Source: a virus (Duplodnaviria > Caudoviricetes). Taken from it: 64,000 bases of DNA. Below the pieces are notes generated by a model that saw only the letters and a list, made by a program, of their open reading frames with translations, had not been told where the DNA came from and did not search any database. Positions 28,735 through 38,195 of the stretch are shown here, in pieces. How positions within the stretch are numbered: the stretch's first letter is position 1; every line of letters starts with the position of its first letter. The stretch is from IMG/VR virus record IMGVR_UViG_3300028048_003161; one strand, given 5' to 3'. A program made the translations under genes and the position numbers.

Positions 28735-29607
28735 ATGGCAGAGAATGTTAAGTTTATATTTAAGTCACTGATTAAAGTACCAATCTTTATACTTGTTGCA
28801 TTCTTCATATTTAACATCTTTACTTTCTTTTTCATTTACTTCAAAATGTTGGGAATATCATATGTGGTTATGCAAACAGCAGTAGAGAATAATTACTTGC
28901 CTCAACAGGAGTTAACAACACTCAATAAGTACATGAAAAATCTGAATAAGATTTCATATGTAGAGAATGCACACGTAGTTGTAGATAATGATACATCAGG
29001 AGCAACATTATACAATGGTTCAGGAAATTACCTTGATGAAAATGGTAATGCAAAGGCTCTTAAGTCTGATGGACATAACTCAGTAACTCGTAGACAGTAT
29101 GGAAATTATATTGTCACAGGTGTTTATTGTAAATACAGAATAATTTGGCCTCTGCAGTATGTCGAAACAATGCATGACACTAATGCAGGTGTAGCTGGTA
29201 CAAATAGTAATAATAACAATACAGTAGAAACAAGTAACACTACATTGGCAAATAGGAGAAGTGATTCAAAACATGCAGTCTTGATACCAATTAAATTGGT
29301 TTATACAATACCTGGTTTGAAGTACTATCCTGATTTGGGTGTAGACTATACTAATAATGTATTTGACATAGATGAGAATCCAGACATCAACGATGATGAT
29401 ATCAACAATGGCAATTGGGATGACATTGATGATGGATATGACGATGATGATGGAGACTATGTTGATAGGGATACATCTGGGGACGAGAACTACAATGGAG
29501 ATATATCAGATGGACTAGACGACAATTTGGATGGCGACGATGGCGACGACTTTGATAACGGTGATGACGGCGACTTTGGAGACCTTGACGACAGTGATTT
29601 TGAGTAA
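28735..29607 (+). CDS. Putative minor pilin (TadE-like) with Asp-rich C-terminal tail
   Basis: N-terminal hydrophobic helix; last ~80 aa are D/G/N-rich. Confidence 0.55.
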   Translation: MAENVKFIFKSLIKVPIFILVAFFIFNIFTFFFIYFKMLGISYVVMQTAVENNYLPQQELTTLNKYMKNLNKISYVENAHVVVDNDTSGATLYNGSGNYLDENGNAKALKSDGHNSVTRRQYGNYIVTGVYCKYRIIWPLQYVETMHDTNAGVAGTNSNNNNTVETSNTTLANRRSDSKHAVLIPIKLVYTIPGLKYYPDLGVDYTNNVFDIDENPDINDDDINNGNWDDIDDGYDDDDGDYVDRDTSGDENYNGDISDGLDDNLDGDDGDDFDNGDDGDFGDLDDSDFE

Positions 29608-29622
29608 TAAGGAGTAAAGAAT

Positions 29623-30870
29623 ATGACAGTAAAAACAATATTTAGGACTCTGATAGGTACAATAATCATTATGGTTGTTGGGTCACTGCTTGTTGAGGTA
29701 TTTAATATCTCTGTAATTTCTTTACAGATCACACAGTTATCAAAAGAGGCAGCCAAGCAAGCTTGTGAGTTATTTTCACAGGAGTCATATAGACAGTTAT
29801 CAAATGAAGACGAGACAGCTGTTTATGGTGGTATGTACAGTATGAATGATGTGAAAGCAGAAGATGGTCATACATACATATCTGGTAAATTTTATGGAGC
29901 ACTCACAGATGATGCTGACAAGGATGCAAAAACTATATGGGCAAAGATTTATAAGAATAGTGACTTTGATAGTTTTTGCAGAGGTACCTTATCAACTAAC
30001 AGTAGAGGAACAAAGTTTAGCATAGACTCAGGTATTCAGGCATTAACAAATTTACAGTTGCTCGATAGAGGAATATTTGGAGATACAACTCAATCAAGTA
30101 CAGTAGATGAAGGTTGGGGTCATGATGATTATAGTGACGAGGCTCAGGTAGCTTCTGATAAAGCAAAAGCTAAGCAGTATGCAAATGAAATGTATACAGC
30201 AGTTAACTTGGGTGTGCCTTATATGGATGATGAGATACTCAATAAAATGTATCAGTGGAATTTAGCACAGTTACTTTCAAATTGTAATCCTGCTAACATT
30301 CATAAATCCGATGAGCCAACTGATCCTTCTAGCTATTACGTTGAGTTTAAGGGATTCAAGGTATTTTGTGACAAGGCAAGAATAACAGAGTACAGATACA
30401 ATGTGTTCAGCATTTTACCTAATACACCTTCAGAGTTGACAAATGCATTTAATGTTGGAGATTCACTTGATTTGTATAATTTAACACATATTCAATATAA
30501 TCCTAGCAGTGGTCAACTTGGTAATACAAATTTGAAAGAGCAGTTGGAAAAGAATGGAACTTCATTAGTTCAAGAGAGTGCTCCTTCATCATTTATAGGA
30601 GGTGCAGGTAGATTAAGTAATAGATATGACAATGCACTTGTAACTACAGTTAGTTTAAATTACAATGCACCTCTTACTTATGCAGGAATCACTCCAATTA
30701 AAAATATATTCAATTGGGTAAACAGCTATAGCGTTTCAGGTGTGGATAATGCAAGTAATTCACATTCAGGTGCAAAGTGGAATACCAGGGTTGCATATTT
30801 TGATGCTGATACAGCAGCAAGTGATGGATACTCTTCAACTGGAGAGTATGTATTTACTCTTATTAAGTAA
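29623..30870 (+). CDS. Putative minor pilin/adhesin (TadE/TadG-like)
   Basis: N-terminal hydrophobic helix followed by QLSKEAAKQA, reminiscent of TadE/G. Confidence 0.55.
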   Translation: MTVKTIFRTLIGTIIIMVVGSLLVEVFNISVISLQITQLSKEAAKQACELFSQESYRQLSNEDETAVYGGMYSMNDVKAEDGHTYISGKFYGALTDDADKDAKTIWAKIYKNSDFDSFCRGTLSTNSRGTKFSIDSGIQALTNLQLLDRGIFGDTTQSSTVDEGWGHDDYSDEAQVASDKAKAKQYANEMYTAVNLGVPYMDDEILNKMYQWNLAQLLSNCNPANIHKSDEPTDPSSYYVEFKGFKVFCDKARITEYRYNVFSILPNTPSELTNAFNVGDSLDLYNLTHIQYNPSSGQLGNTNLKEQLEKNGTSLVQESAPSSFIGGAGRLSNRYDNALVTTVSLNYNAPLTYAGITPIKNIFNWVNSYSVSGVDNASNSHSGAKWNTRVAYFDADTAASDGYSSTGEYVFTLIK

Positions 30871-30882
30871 AGGAGACAGTTT

Positions 30883-31749
30883 ATGGGTAATGAGAAAGAA
30901 TTAGAAAATGAAGCTCTTGACTTTGATGTTGAAGAGAATACACTTGGAGATATGGAAGTTGCAGAGGAAAGTTTAGATGAGCAGACAGAAGAGGCAACAC
31001 AGGACTTAGGTAGTACAGTTGATAATTCAGAAGAGACTAATGAAGTAGAAACTGACAGCACTAGTAATAAAAAAGATAAAAAGAAAAAGGAAAAGAAAGC
31101 TAAGGCTAATAAGAAAAAGACAGCTAAGGAAAGTGAAAATGCAGAAGAAAAACCTGTTGAGCAGGTTGAAGATGTTGTGCTATACATCATAACTGATAGA
31201 CATTTACCGAATATGATACAATACTATAGAGAAAGGGGTGTAAACGTATCAAATATTTTTGATAGCATAGAGGATGCCAGGTCAGCATTGATTTTGAATA
31301 TTGAGAAATCAAGACTTGTAATTTTAGACACAGGAATGGGTCAGTTCTCAAATATGGGAACACGTAGACAAATTATTGACCTCATTGGTATTAGTGATGA
31401 GGAAAACAGAATTTCTGTTTATTACACTGATAGTGTAATCAAGTCAGAGGTTGAGTATTCTGACGAGGTTATGGGAAGAGAGATCAGTTGGCATAAGTAT
31501 AGATCTACAGCTGATGTTATAGCACACATTTTGAAACATAAAAATGAGCATTATGTATTGAATTTCAACGCTGACAAAGATGGTTCAGACTCAAAACCAG
31601 TTTATATGGACAGACCTGGATTTAAGGTTGACGTTGAGAAAGTACCTGTAATTGGGACAATGGCTTTCACATCTAAAGATGTTATGAGACATTTAGATGA
31701 GGAGAGTGCAGAAGTTAATCAATTAGAGGCATATGAAGTTCATATGTAA
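30883..31749 (+). CDS. Hypothetical acidic protein
   Basis: ORF with RBS; acidic N-terminus, possible receiver-like alpha/beta domain. Confidence 0.65.
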   Translation: MGNEKELENEALDFDVEENTLGDMEVAEESLDEQTEEATQDLGSTVDNSEETNEVETDSTSNKKDKKKKEKKAKANKKKTAKESENAEEKPVEQVEDVVLYIITDRHLPNMIQYYRERGVNVSNIFDSIEDARSALILNIEKSRLVILDTGMGQFSNMGTRRQIIDLIGISDEENRISVYYTDSVIKSEVEYSDEVMGREISWHKYRSTADVIAHILKHKNEHYVLNFNADKDGSDSKPVYMDRPGFKVDVEKVPVIGTMAFTSKDVMRHLDEESAEVNQLEAYEVHM

Positions 31750-31778
31750 TAACTCATAATTTTAGGAGGGAACAGATT

Positions 31779-32336
31779 ATGAGAAAGAAATTGACAAGTT
31801 TAATGTTGGTTCTTGCATTTGTAATTACTTCAATACTTGGAGTAATGGGTGGAACTACAGAGGTACAAGCAGAGGACTGCATACCTTTTAAGTCAGCTCA
31901 CTCAATCAAAGTTGATGGAGTAATTTACAGGACAGCACCTTTACCTGATGGAGATGCAGAGAGTGTAGATTCAGACAAGGTTTATGGAGTTACAGCAATA
32001 GGTTGGATGCCTTACTCATGTGCGGATCAGAATGGACTTCTTAAATGTAAATTCTACATTGGTAAAGGAAAGCAGAGAACAGGATATGTACCTGTAAGCG
32101 ATGTAGTAACAGACAGTCCTAAAAGATGGGCATTTAAGAGAAAAATAAGTGGCACAACAAATGTAGCAGCACAGACATATAAAACAGATTATTCAGCATA
32201 CAGAAAGTTAAAGGCAGACAAAGTGATAAGCACAGCTGGATTTGCTATGTATAATAGTAAAGCATATGTAGTATTTAAGGTGAAAAGGATTGGTAATTTA
32301 CTCATAAACGTAAATGATATTAGCATTACTGGTTAA
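31779..32336 (+). CDS. Secreted protein
   Basis: Sec signal peptide ending VQA; strong RBS. Confidence 0.7.
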   Translation: MRKKLTSLMLVLAFVITSILGVMGGTTEVQAEDCIPFKSAHSIKVDGVIYRTAPLPDGDAESVDSDKVYGVTAIGWMPYSCADQNGLLKCKFYIGKGKQRTGYVPVSDVVTDSPKRWAFKRKISGTTNVAAQTYKTDYSAYRKLKADKVISTAGFAMYNSKAYVVFKVKRIGNLLINVNDISITG

Positions 32337-32357
32337 TTATTAACCAGTGAGTAAAGA

Positions 32358-32397
32358 AAATAGACCTAGTATTCAGAAATGGGTACTAGGTCTATTT
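32358..32397 (+). terminator. Intrinsic terminator ending the tad region
   Basis: aaatagacctagtattc...gggtactaggtctattt. Confidence 0.75.
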
Positions 32398-32556
32398 GCA
32401 TGTAAATATAATAAGTAGTTATTTATTAAGTTGTTTGAAGTGACACATGAACATGTAATTGAATAAATTAAAAATGTGTAATTTATTATTGCGTTGTTTC
32501 AGACATCTAAATATAATAAATGTAAAAAATTATTTATTTAATGGAGGTAAATTAAA

Positions 32557-33909
32557 ATGAGTTTTGTAGCAGCTGATTTAGGTGCAAGCAGTACACGATA
32601 CACTAGTGACAGTGGAAAAATCGATGTGTTGCCTAATAACATGAAAACACTGCCTGATATGAATGTATCACTTATCATTCCTGACTCTGGAGACATTGAG
32701 AGTTGTTTAGAGGCTCAGATTACAAGAGATGGGCAGGATGCAATGGGATTCTTCCCTACAAATGTACTCATGGGAATCATGGCAGAGAAACATCGTGGAA
32801 TTGACGAAAGACCTTCAGTCAATACACACAAGCATAAGCAGAAAATCAACTATGTTTCAGCTATTATGGCATGTGCAGTAAGTAAACTCAAGCATCCTGA
32901 GTTAGCTGAGCATGTAGACCTTTACTTAGCTACACCTCCTATTGAGGTTCATGCAGCTAAGGAGGCTTTTGCACAGGTACTTTGTGGAACTTACACAGTT
33001 TATTTTCCAAAGTATAACAATGGAGTAAGCGTGACATTTACTGTTGATTCAGTAAAATGTTATGCAGAGTCATATATGGCTTCAGCAGCTTTCTTCTTCA
33101 ATATGAATGGTACACCTAAGGAGGAGACAAGACAGTACTTAAGTGGTACAGTGCTTCACCTTGATATTGGTGCATCTACATCAGATCTGTCCATTACAAA
33201 GAATGGTAAGTTCCTTGATAAGTCAGGACAGACATATCGTATTGGAGGTAATGTGGCACGTGACAACCTGATTGACCAGATCTGTCAGAAATTTGCTATT
33301 GATTTACCATTAGCAGATGCTGAAAAGGTCATGGCAGAGGGTAGGATGCAACAGGGTATGGGATTTGTAGACGTAAGTGACCTTGTAATGGTTGCTAAGA
33401 GAGAATTAGCTCAGCAGTTAAATGAGTATCTTGATACATACTTCAAGAGGATTCAGATCCCTATTCAGATGGTAAATGCCATTGTTGTTTCTGGTGGTGG
33501 ATCAATGCAGAGTCAGTATGCAACACCTGAAGGAGAGATGGTTAAGACATCTGAACCTTTAAGTTACTTTGTAACTCAGGAGTTACAGACATGGTCACCT
33601 GGAACAGCAGTAATTCCTTTTGGAGACAATGCTAGGTTTGCAAATGTCACAGGTTTGTTTATTCGCGCAAAGATTGATGAAATCAAGCGTAAACAGCAGG
33701 CAGCAGTTGCATCTCAGCCTGTAACACCTACAGTTCAAAGCGTTGCTCAGGGCATTGGACAGACACAGCAGGTACAGCAGGTAGTAAATAATGGGGCAGT
33801 TGCAGGAGCAGGTCAGACAGTAGGTCAGACAACACCAACATATACTGGAGCACCTGGACAGGTAATGCAGGATAGACAGCCTGGACAGGAAGGACAGATT
33901 ACACAGTAA
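32557..33909 (+). CDS. Actin-like ATPase of the ParM/StbA (Alp) family
   Basis: Phosphate-1 ADLGASSTR, connect AES, phosphate-2 LDIGASTSD, adenosine VSGGGS; Gln-rich C-tail. Confidence 0.85.
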   Translation: MSFVAADLGASSTRYTSDSGKIDVLPNNMKTLPDMNVSLIIPDSGDIESCLEAQITRDGQDAMGFFPTNVLMGIMAEKHRGIDERPSVNTHKHKQKINYVSAIMACAVSKLKHPELAEHVDLYLATPPIEVHAAKEAFAQVLCGTYTVYFPKYNNGVSVTFTVDSVKCYAESYMASAAFFFNMNGTPKEETRQYLSGTVLHLDIGASTSDLSITKNGKFLDKSGQTYRIGGNVARDNLIDQICQKFAIDLPLADAEKVMAEGRMQQGMGFVDVSDLVMVAKRELAQQLNEYLDTYFKRIQIPIQMVNAIVVSGGGSMQSQYATPEGEMVKTSEPLSYFVTQELQTWSPGTAVIPFGDNARFANVTGLFIRAKIDEIKRKQQAAVASQPVTPTVQSVAQGIGQTQQVQQVVNNGAVAGAGQTVGQTTPTYTGAPGQVMQDRQPGQEGQITQ

Positions 33910-33922
33910 AATGTAAATTAGT

Positions 33923-33962
33923 ACAGAGAACCACTAAGGCAGACATGGTGGTTCTCTGTTTA
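33923..33962 (+). terminator. Hairpin between the actin gene and the coiled-coil gene
   Basis: acagagaaccac...gtggttctctgttt. Confidence 0.65.
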
Positions 33963-33981
33963 TGTCAGAGAGGGAAAGAAA

Positions 33982-36900
33982 ATGACTAATGAATCAATTA
34001 GTATAATCATTAAGGTTGGAAAAAAATCTAATATGAAATTTAGTCATAGCAAGGCTTATAGAGCACTAATACCTGAAGATTTGGAGATATTGCATAGAAA
34101 TCATCCTGATTGTCATTTGGCAATTATTGAGAACATTAAGGAAGATGAAGAGGATGCAGTAAGAAAGTTTATTCAGTCGTTTGAGAGTGAAAGTGATGAC
34201 AATAAAGTTTTGTTCTATATACCTGATGAAGATGATTTGGCAACATTAGGTTTAGCAGATGAACTTAATTTTGATATATACATGACACTTGAAGATATCT
34301 ATTTTGCTATGAAAGACTTAGGATACAGTTTGGATGTAGCAGCAACACTGGATAGTAGAAGAGAACACTTCAAGGAAATGTCAAAAACAGATGATTTGGA
34401 GGGTGTCACAGATATCTTTGGTGGCATTGGAGAGGGTCAGGACAGCATTGATATAGATGTGGACAATGAGACAGAAAATCAACATGAGGACTTTGGTGAT
34501 TCAGACACTTCAGAGAAGCAAACTAGCAAGGTTAGTTTAGCAAAAGAGACATCAGAAGAAAATGAGACAGACTTATTTGATGGTATGGGTTCATTTGAGG
34601 ATGGACTTGATACAGCTGAAGAAAAAGAAGATAACACACAGGAAACAAAGGATGCGCAGGAAACAAAGAGTAGTACTTCAGAATTAAGTGAAGTAAACAG
34701 TGAAGAAATTGATAAGATTAGAACAGAATTAAGAGATACTAAGTATGATTATGGAGTAGCAGTTAAGGATGTTCAAGAGGCTAACAAAAGAATTGAGGAC
34801 CTTGAGAGTGTAATTAAGGCACTTAAGGATGAAAAGAAAGACATTGTAGATAGATTTAATGCAATTAAGGACAATGGAGAAGTATTTGATGATGCAGACT
34901 ACAGTGAGTTAAAGAGAAAATTACAGCAGAGTGAAAGCAGTATTGAAGAATTAACTGCTGAATTAAATAAAGAGAAGTCAGAGGTTGAAAAACTTACTAC
35001 AGACCTTAATGATAAGGTTGAACAGCTAAACGAGTTAAATAGTAAGGTTAAATCTGGTGAAATACATGCAGAAATAGTTGCAGACTATGAGAAGAAATTA
35101 AGTGAACTTTCAAATAAATACAAAGATACATTAGAGAAATTTGAGAATGAGCAGGGTAAGGTAAGTGAGATTAGTGATAGTTCAAGTAAAGAACTTGAGG
35201 TAATGAGTTTAGACCTTACAAATGTAAAAAATGAGCGTGACAGGTTTAAGGGAGACATTGATAGACTTAACAAACAGCTAACGAACAGTGAAGAAAAAGT
35301 AGAAAGCATTACAAAAGAAAGAGATGATCTTAAGAAAAAGGTTGAGTCACTTGAGAAAGAGAAGAGTGACGTAACAAAAGAAAGAGATGATCTTAAAGTT
35401 GAATGTGATGGACTTAAGAGTGAGAGAGATACACTCAAGATAAATGCAGGAGACCTTGAGACAGCTAAGGAAAACTTAACAGAAAGAGTGGAGTCACTTG
35501 AGAAAGAAAAGAGTGACCTTGAGAAAAAGAAGTCAGACATTGAGGGAAAACAAGCAGGTTTAAGAAGCGAGAAAGAAAAGCTTATAAATGAAAAGAGAGA
35601 ACTTGCTAATGATAAGATCAGACTTACAAATGAAAAAATTACACTTGAGGATGAGATAAAAGAACTTAAGGATAGACAGAAGAGCCTTGAAGCAGAGAAG
35701 AAAGACCTTGAGAATAAGAAAAACAGCCTTGCAGAAAAAGTAAATCAACTTGAGAGTTTGGAGGGTACCTCTGAAAAGAATGAAGAGTCACTCAATGAGA
35801 AAATTGAAACCTTGGAAAAAGAAAAGAGTGACCTTGAAGAAAAGATTAAGACATTTGAAAGTGAAAAGGAACAGTTAAATAAAAAAGTAAGTACAGCTGA
35901 AGATAAAGCAGATGCAGCTGAATTTGCTAAATTTGAGGTTGAGGAAACAGCAACAGCACTTAAAAAGAGTGTTGAGACACTTGACAAAAAATTAAATGAC
36001 AAGCAGAGTGAAATTGGACAGCTGAAAGCAACAATAACTAATTTGAACTTACAGTTAGATGAGTGTAGGGCAGACTTAAGTTTAGCAACTGAAGCAAACA
36101 GTAAGATTCTGGAGCAGCAGGGAGATGCAGATAGCCAGTATAAAAGTGAGATTGACAGTCTTAAACAGCAGATCAGTGGTTTAGAGACTAAACTTAAATT
36201 AACAAATGAGCAGTTGGAACAGAAGGAACAGCAGTACAGCGTGCTTGTTGCACAGCAGGCAGATAAATCAGCAGGAGCAAATGCATTAGCTAGCACAAAT
36301 CAGACACTGGAAATTGTCAATAAAACATTGTCAGAACAGTTAAGCGTAGCAAATAAAGAAATAAATGCACTTAAAAACAGTAAGACTAAACTCACAAGTG
36401 AAGTTAAGACTTATAGGGATAGATGTAATCAGTTAGATAGTGCATTGAAAAATACAGTTAAGGCACTTGGGAGTGGGGCAAGCAACACAGAGAAAAAAGA
36501 GCAGACAAGTGATAGTGGTAGCAGTAGCATGGGAGGTCAATATCTGACAGTTAAACCTATCAACTATACAGGGTCAGCTAAGATCATACCAGTATTTGGT
36601 TGTGGAGGTACAGGTATAACAACAGCAGCTGTGTCATTGGCAAGTAAAATCTGCTTAACATCAAATGTACTATACATTGATATGGACATTACACAAGCAT
36701 CAGCTGATGCATGGTTTAGTCAGACACCTTTATGTGGTGGTCTCAGTGGTCTTGGTTTAATGGACATTGAGTGTACAGGACTGGGTATCTTCTATGAAAA
36801 AGGGTTTAACATTTTCAATAATAATTTGGACAAGATTATTAAGAATGTTGAACATACAAAAGGTGGAGGAACAGACTATTTAAGTGGATTGATACATAGA

Positions 36901-37332
36901 GTGGATGATGAAAGAATTGCGAATGCAGACTATACGTCTTTGTTTAATAGACTTGGAGAGAAATATACATACATTGTTATTGACCTTGGTAGAGTGGGAA
37001 ATAGCAGAGTCAATGATAGTTTGATCAAAGCAATTTTTGATATATCAGCTACAAATATGGCAGTTGTACCTCAGAATTATTTTAGTATACGTAATTTTAT
37101 TCTTAAAGTCAGTGAGGCTAAATTAGATATGCGTAAGTTAAAGTTGATAATCAATATGTGTACAGCGACTGCACTTGACAGGAGAACTAAACAGGCATTA
37201 ACAAGTAAATCAATTTCAAAGTATGCCATGATTTTGTTAGATCAGAACATGGTGTGTATAAAAGATACATTCATACATAACAAATTGAACAGAGATAAAT
37301 TTGCAGCTTTTGTAAATTCAGACCTGTTTTAG
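33982..37332 (+). CDS. Giant coiled-coil protein with C-terminal degenerate MinD/ParA-like domain
   Basis: ~600 aa heptad E/K/L region; C-terminal IIPVFGCGGTGITT, VLYIDMD, YTYIVIDLG. Confidence 0.75.
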   Translation: MTNESISIIIKVGKKSNMKFSHSKAYRALIPEDLEILHRNHPDCHLAIIENIKEDEEDAVRKFIQSFESESDDNKVLFYIPDEDDLATLGLADELNFDIYMTLEDIYFAMKDLGYSLDVAATLDSRREHFKEMSKTDDLEGVTDIFGGIGEGQDSIDIDVDNETENQHEDFGDSDTSEKQTSKVSLAKETSEENETDLFDGMGSFEDGLDTAEEKEDNTQETKDAQETKSSTSELSEVNSEEIDKIRTELRDTKYDYGVAVKDVQEANKRIEDLESVIKALKDEKKDIVDRFNAIKDNGEVFDDADYSELKRKLQQSESSIEELTAELNKEKSEVEKLTTDLNDKVEQLNELNSKVKSGEIHAEIVADYEKKLSELSNKYKDTLEKFENEQGKVSEISDSSSKELEVMSLDLTNVKNERDRFKGDIDRLNKQLTNSEEKVESITKERDDLKKKVESLEKEKSDVTKERDDLKVECDGLKSERDTLKINAGDLETAKENLTERVESLEKEKSDLEKKKSDIEGKQAGLRSEKEKLINEKRELANDKIRLTNEKITLEDEIKELKDRQKSLEAEKKDLENKKNSLAEKVNQLESLEGTSEKNEESLNEKIETLEKEKSDLEEKIKTFESEKEQLNKKVSTAEDKADAAEFAKFEVEETATALKKSVETLDKKLNDKQSEIGQLKATITNLNLQLDECRADLSLATEANSKILEQQGDADSQYKSEIDSLKQQISGLETKLKLTNEQLEQKEQQYSVLVAQQADKSAGANALASTNQTLEIVNKTLSEQLSVANKEINALKNSKTKLTSEVKTYRDRCNQLDSALKNTVKALGSGASNTEKKEQTSDSGSSSMGGQYLTVKPINYTGSAKIIPVFGCGGTGITTAAVSLASKICLTSNVLYIDMDITQASADAWFSQTPLCGGLSGLGLMDIECTGLGIFYEKGFNIFNNNLDKIIKNVEHTKGGGTDYLSGLIHRVDDERIANADYTSLFNRLGEKYTYIVIDLGRVGNSRVNDSLIKAIFDISATNMAVVPQNYFSIRNFILKVSEAKLDMRKLKLIINMCTATALDRRTKQALTSKSISKYAMILLDQNMVCIKDTFIHNKLNRDKFAAFVNSDLF

Positions 37333-37355
37333 TTTAGGAAGGAGATAACAGAGAA

Positions 37356-38192
37356 ATGGGTACACGTAGTATTAGATTTGGTTCACAGCTGACATTTGAT
37401 GAGGACAAAGAGAAAGATATTATTGACACTATTGATACATTGAATTCATCTCATAAAATGGGTCAGTTCATGTCTAATTTGATTAGACTTGCATTTGATA
37501 ATCCTGAAATACTTAGGGTTGGTGCAGATGGTTTAGAGAAGCAGGCAATGCTTCAGCAGGTGGAAAGCAGCGGTATGTCAGTTAACAGACAGCGGTTTAT
37601 GTCTGAAGTTACATCAGAGATTTCTGATATGAAAAAGAAAGTTGATGAGGTGTACAATATGGTGTTTAAGTTGTATACATTGGCTTTAATGAATAAGCAT
37701 TTGGAAATTGAAAATAAATCAGACAATTCATTAAGGGCAACATTTGTATTAGAAAGACAGCTTAGACAATTACAAGATTCACTTGGTGTAAATATAAGTG
37801 ATGCAGTGTATGAGTCTGATAAGGTCGCTGACGTTCATGTAAGAGCAGAGGATTGTTTAGAGTATATCATTGAGACATACGATGGAATCATTGATGAAAT
37901 GAAACAGGCAATTGCAGTAGGACAGCAGCCACAGGTAGTTGTTCAGCAGGCAGTAGGAAATACAGGAGTTGCTGGAAACAATATGGTAGTTGGCAGTACA
38001 GAGGCAATTAGATCAGTAGAAACTGTAGGAAATACAGGGGCAGTTGAGACACAAGCAGTTGTGAATGATGCAAGCACAGCAAATACAAGTACAAGCACAG
38101 CAGTTCAAACCGAAACACCACCTGAAGAGGAAATAATTGACTTTGGGGATACAGATGATATCTTGGATGCAATGAACTTCTTTGATGATTAA
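37356..38192 (+). CDS. Hypothetical protein, candidate ParR-like adaptor
   Basis: N-terminal strand plus two short helices (RHH-like by pattern only), coiled coil, low-complexity acidic tail; third gene after the actin homolog. Confidence 0.45.
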   Translation: MGTRSIRFGSQLTFDEDKEKDIIDTIDTLNSSHKMGQFMSNLIRLAFDNPEILRVGADGLEKQAMLQQVESSGMSVNRQRFMSEVTSEISDMKKKVDEVYNMVFKLYTLALMNKHLEIENKSDNSLRATFVLERQLRQLQDSLGVNISDAVYESDKVADVHVRAEDCLEYIIETYDGIIDEMKQAIAVGQQPQVVVQQAVGNTGVAGNNMVVGSTEAIRSVETVGNTGAVETQAVVNDASTANTSTSTAVQTETPPEEEIIDFGDTDDILDAMNFFDD

Positions 38193-38195
38193 AGG

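Noticed and set aside
33982-37332. SMC/Rad50 or phage tape-measure protein
   Set aside because: No N-terminal Walker A, hinge or LSGG signature; the C-terminus is MinD-like; no tail genes nearby
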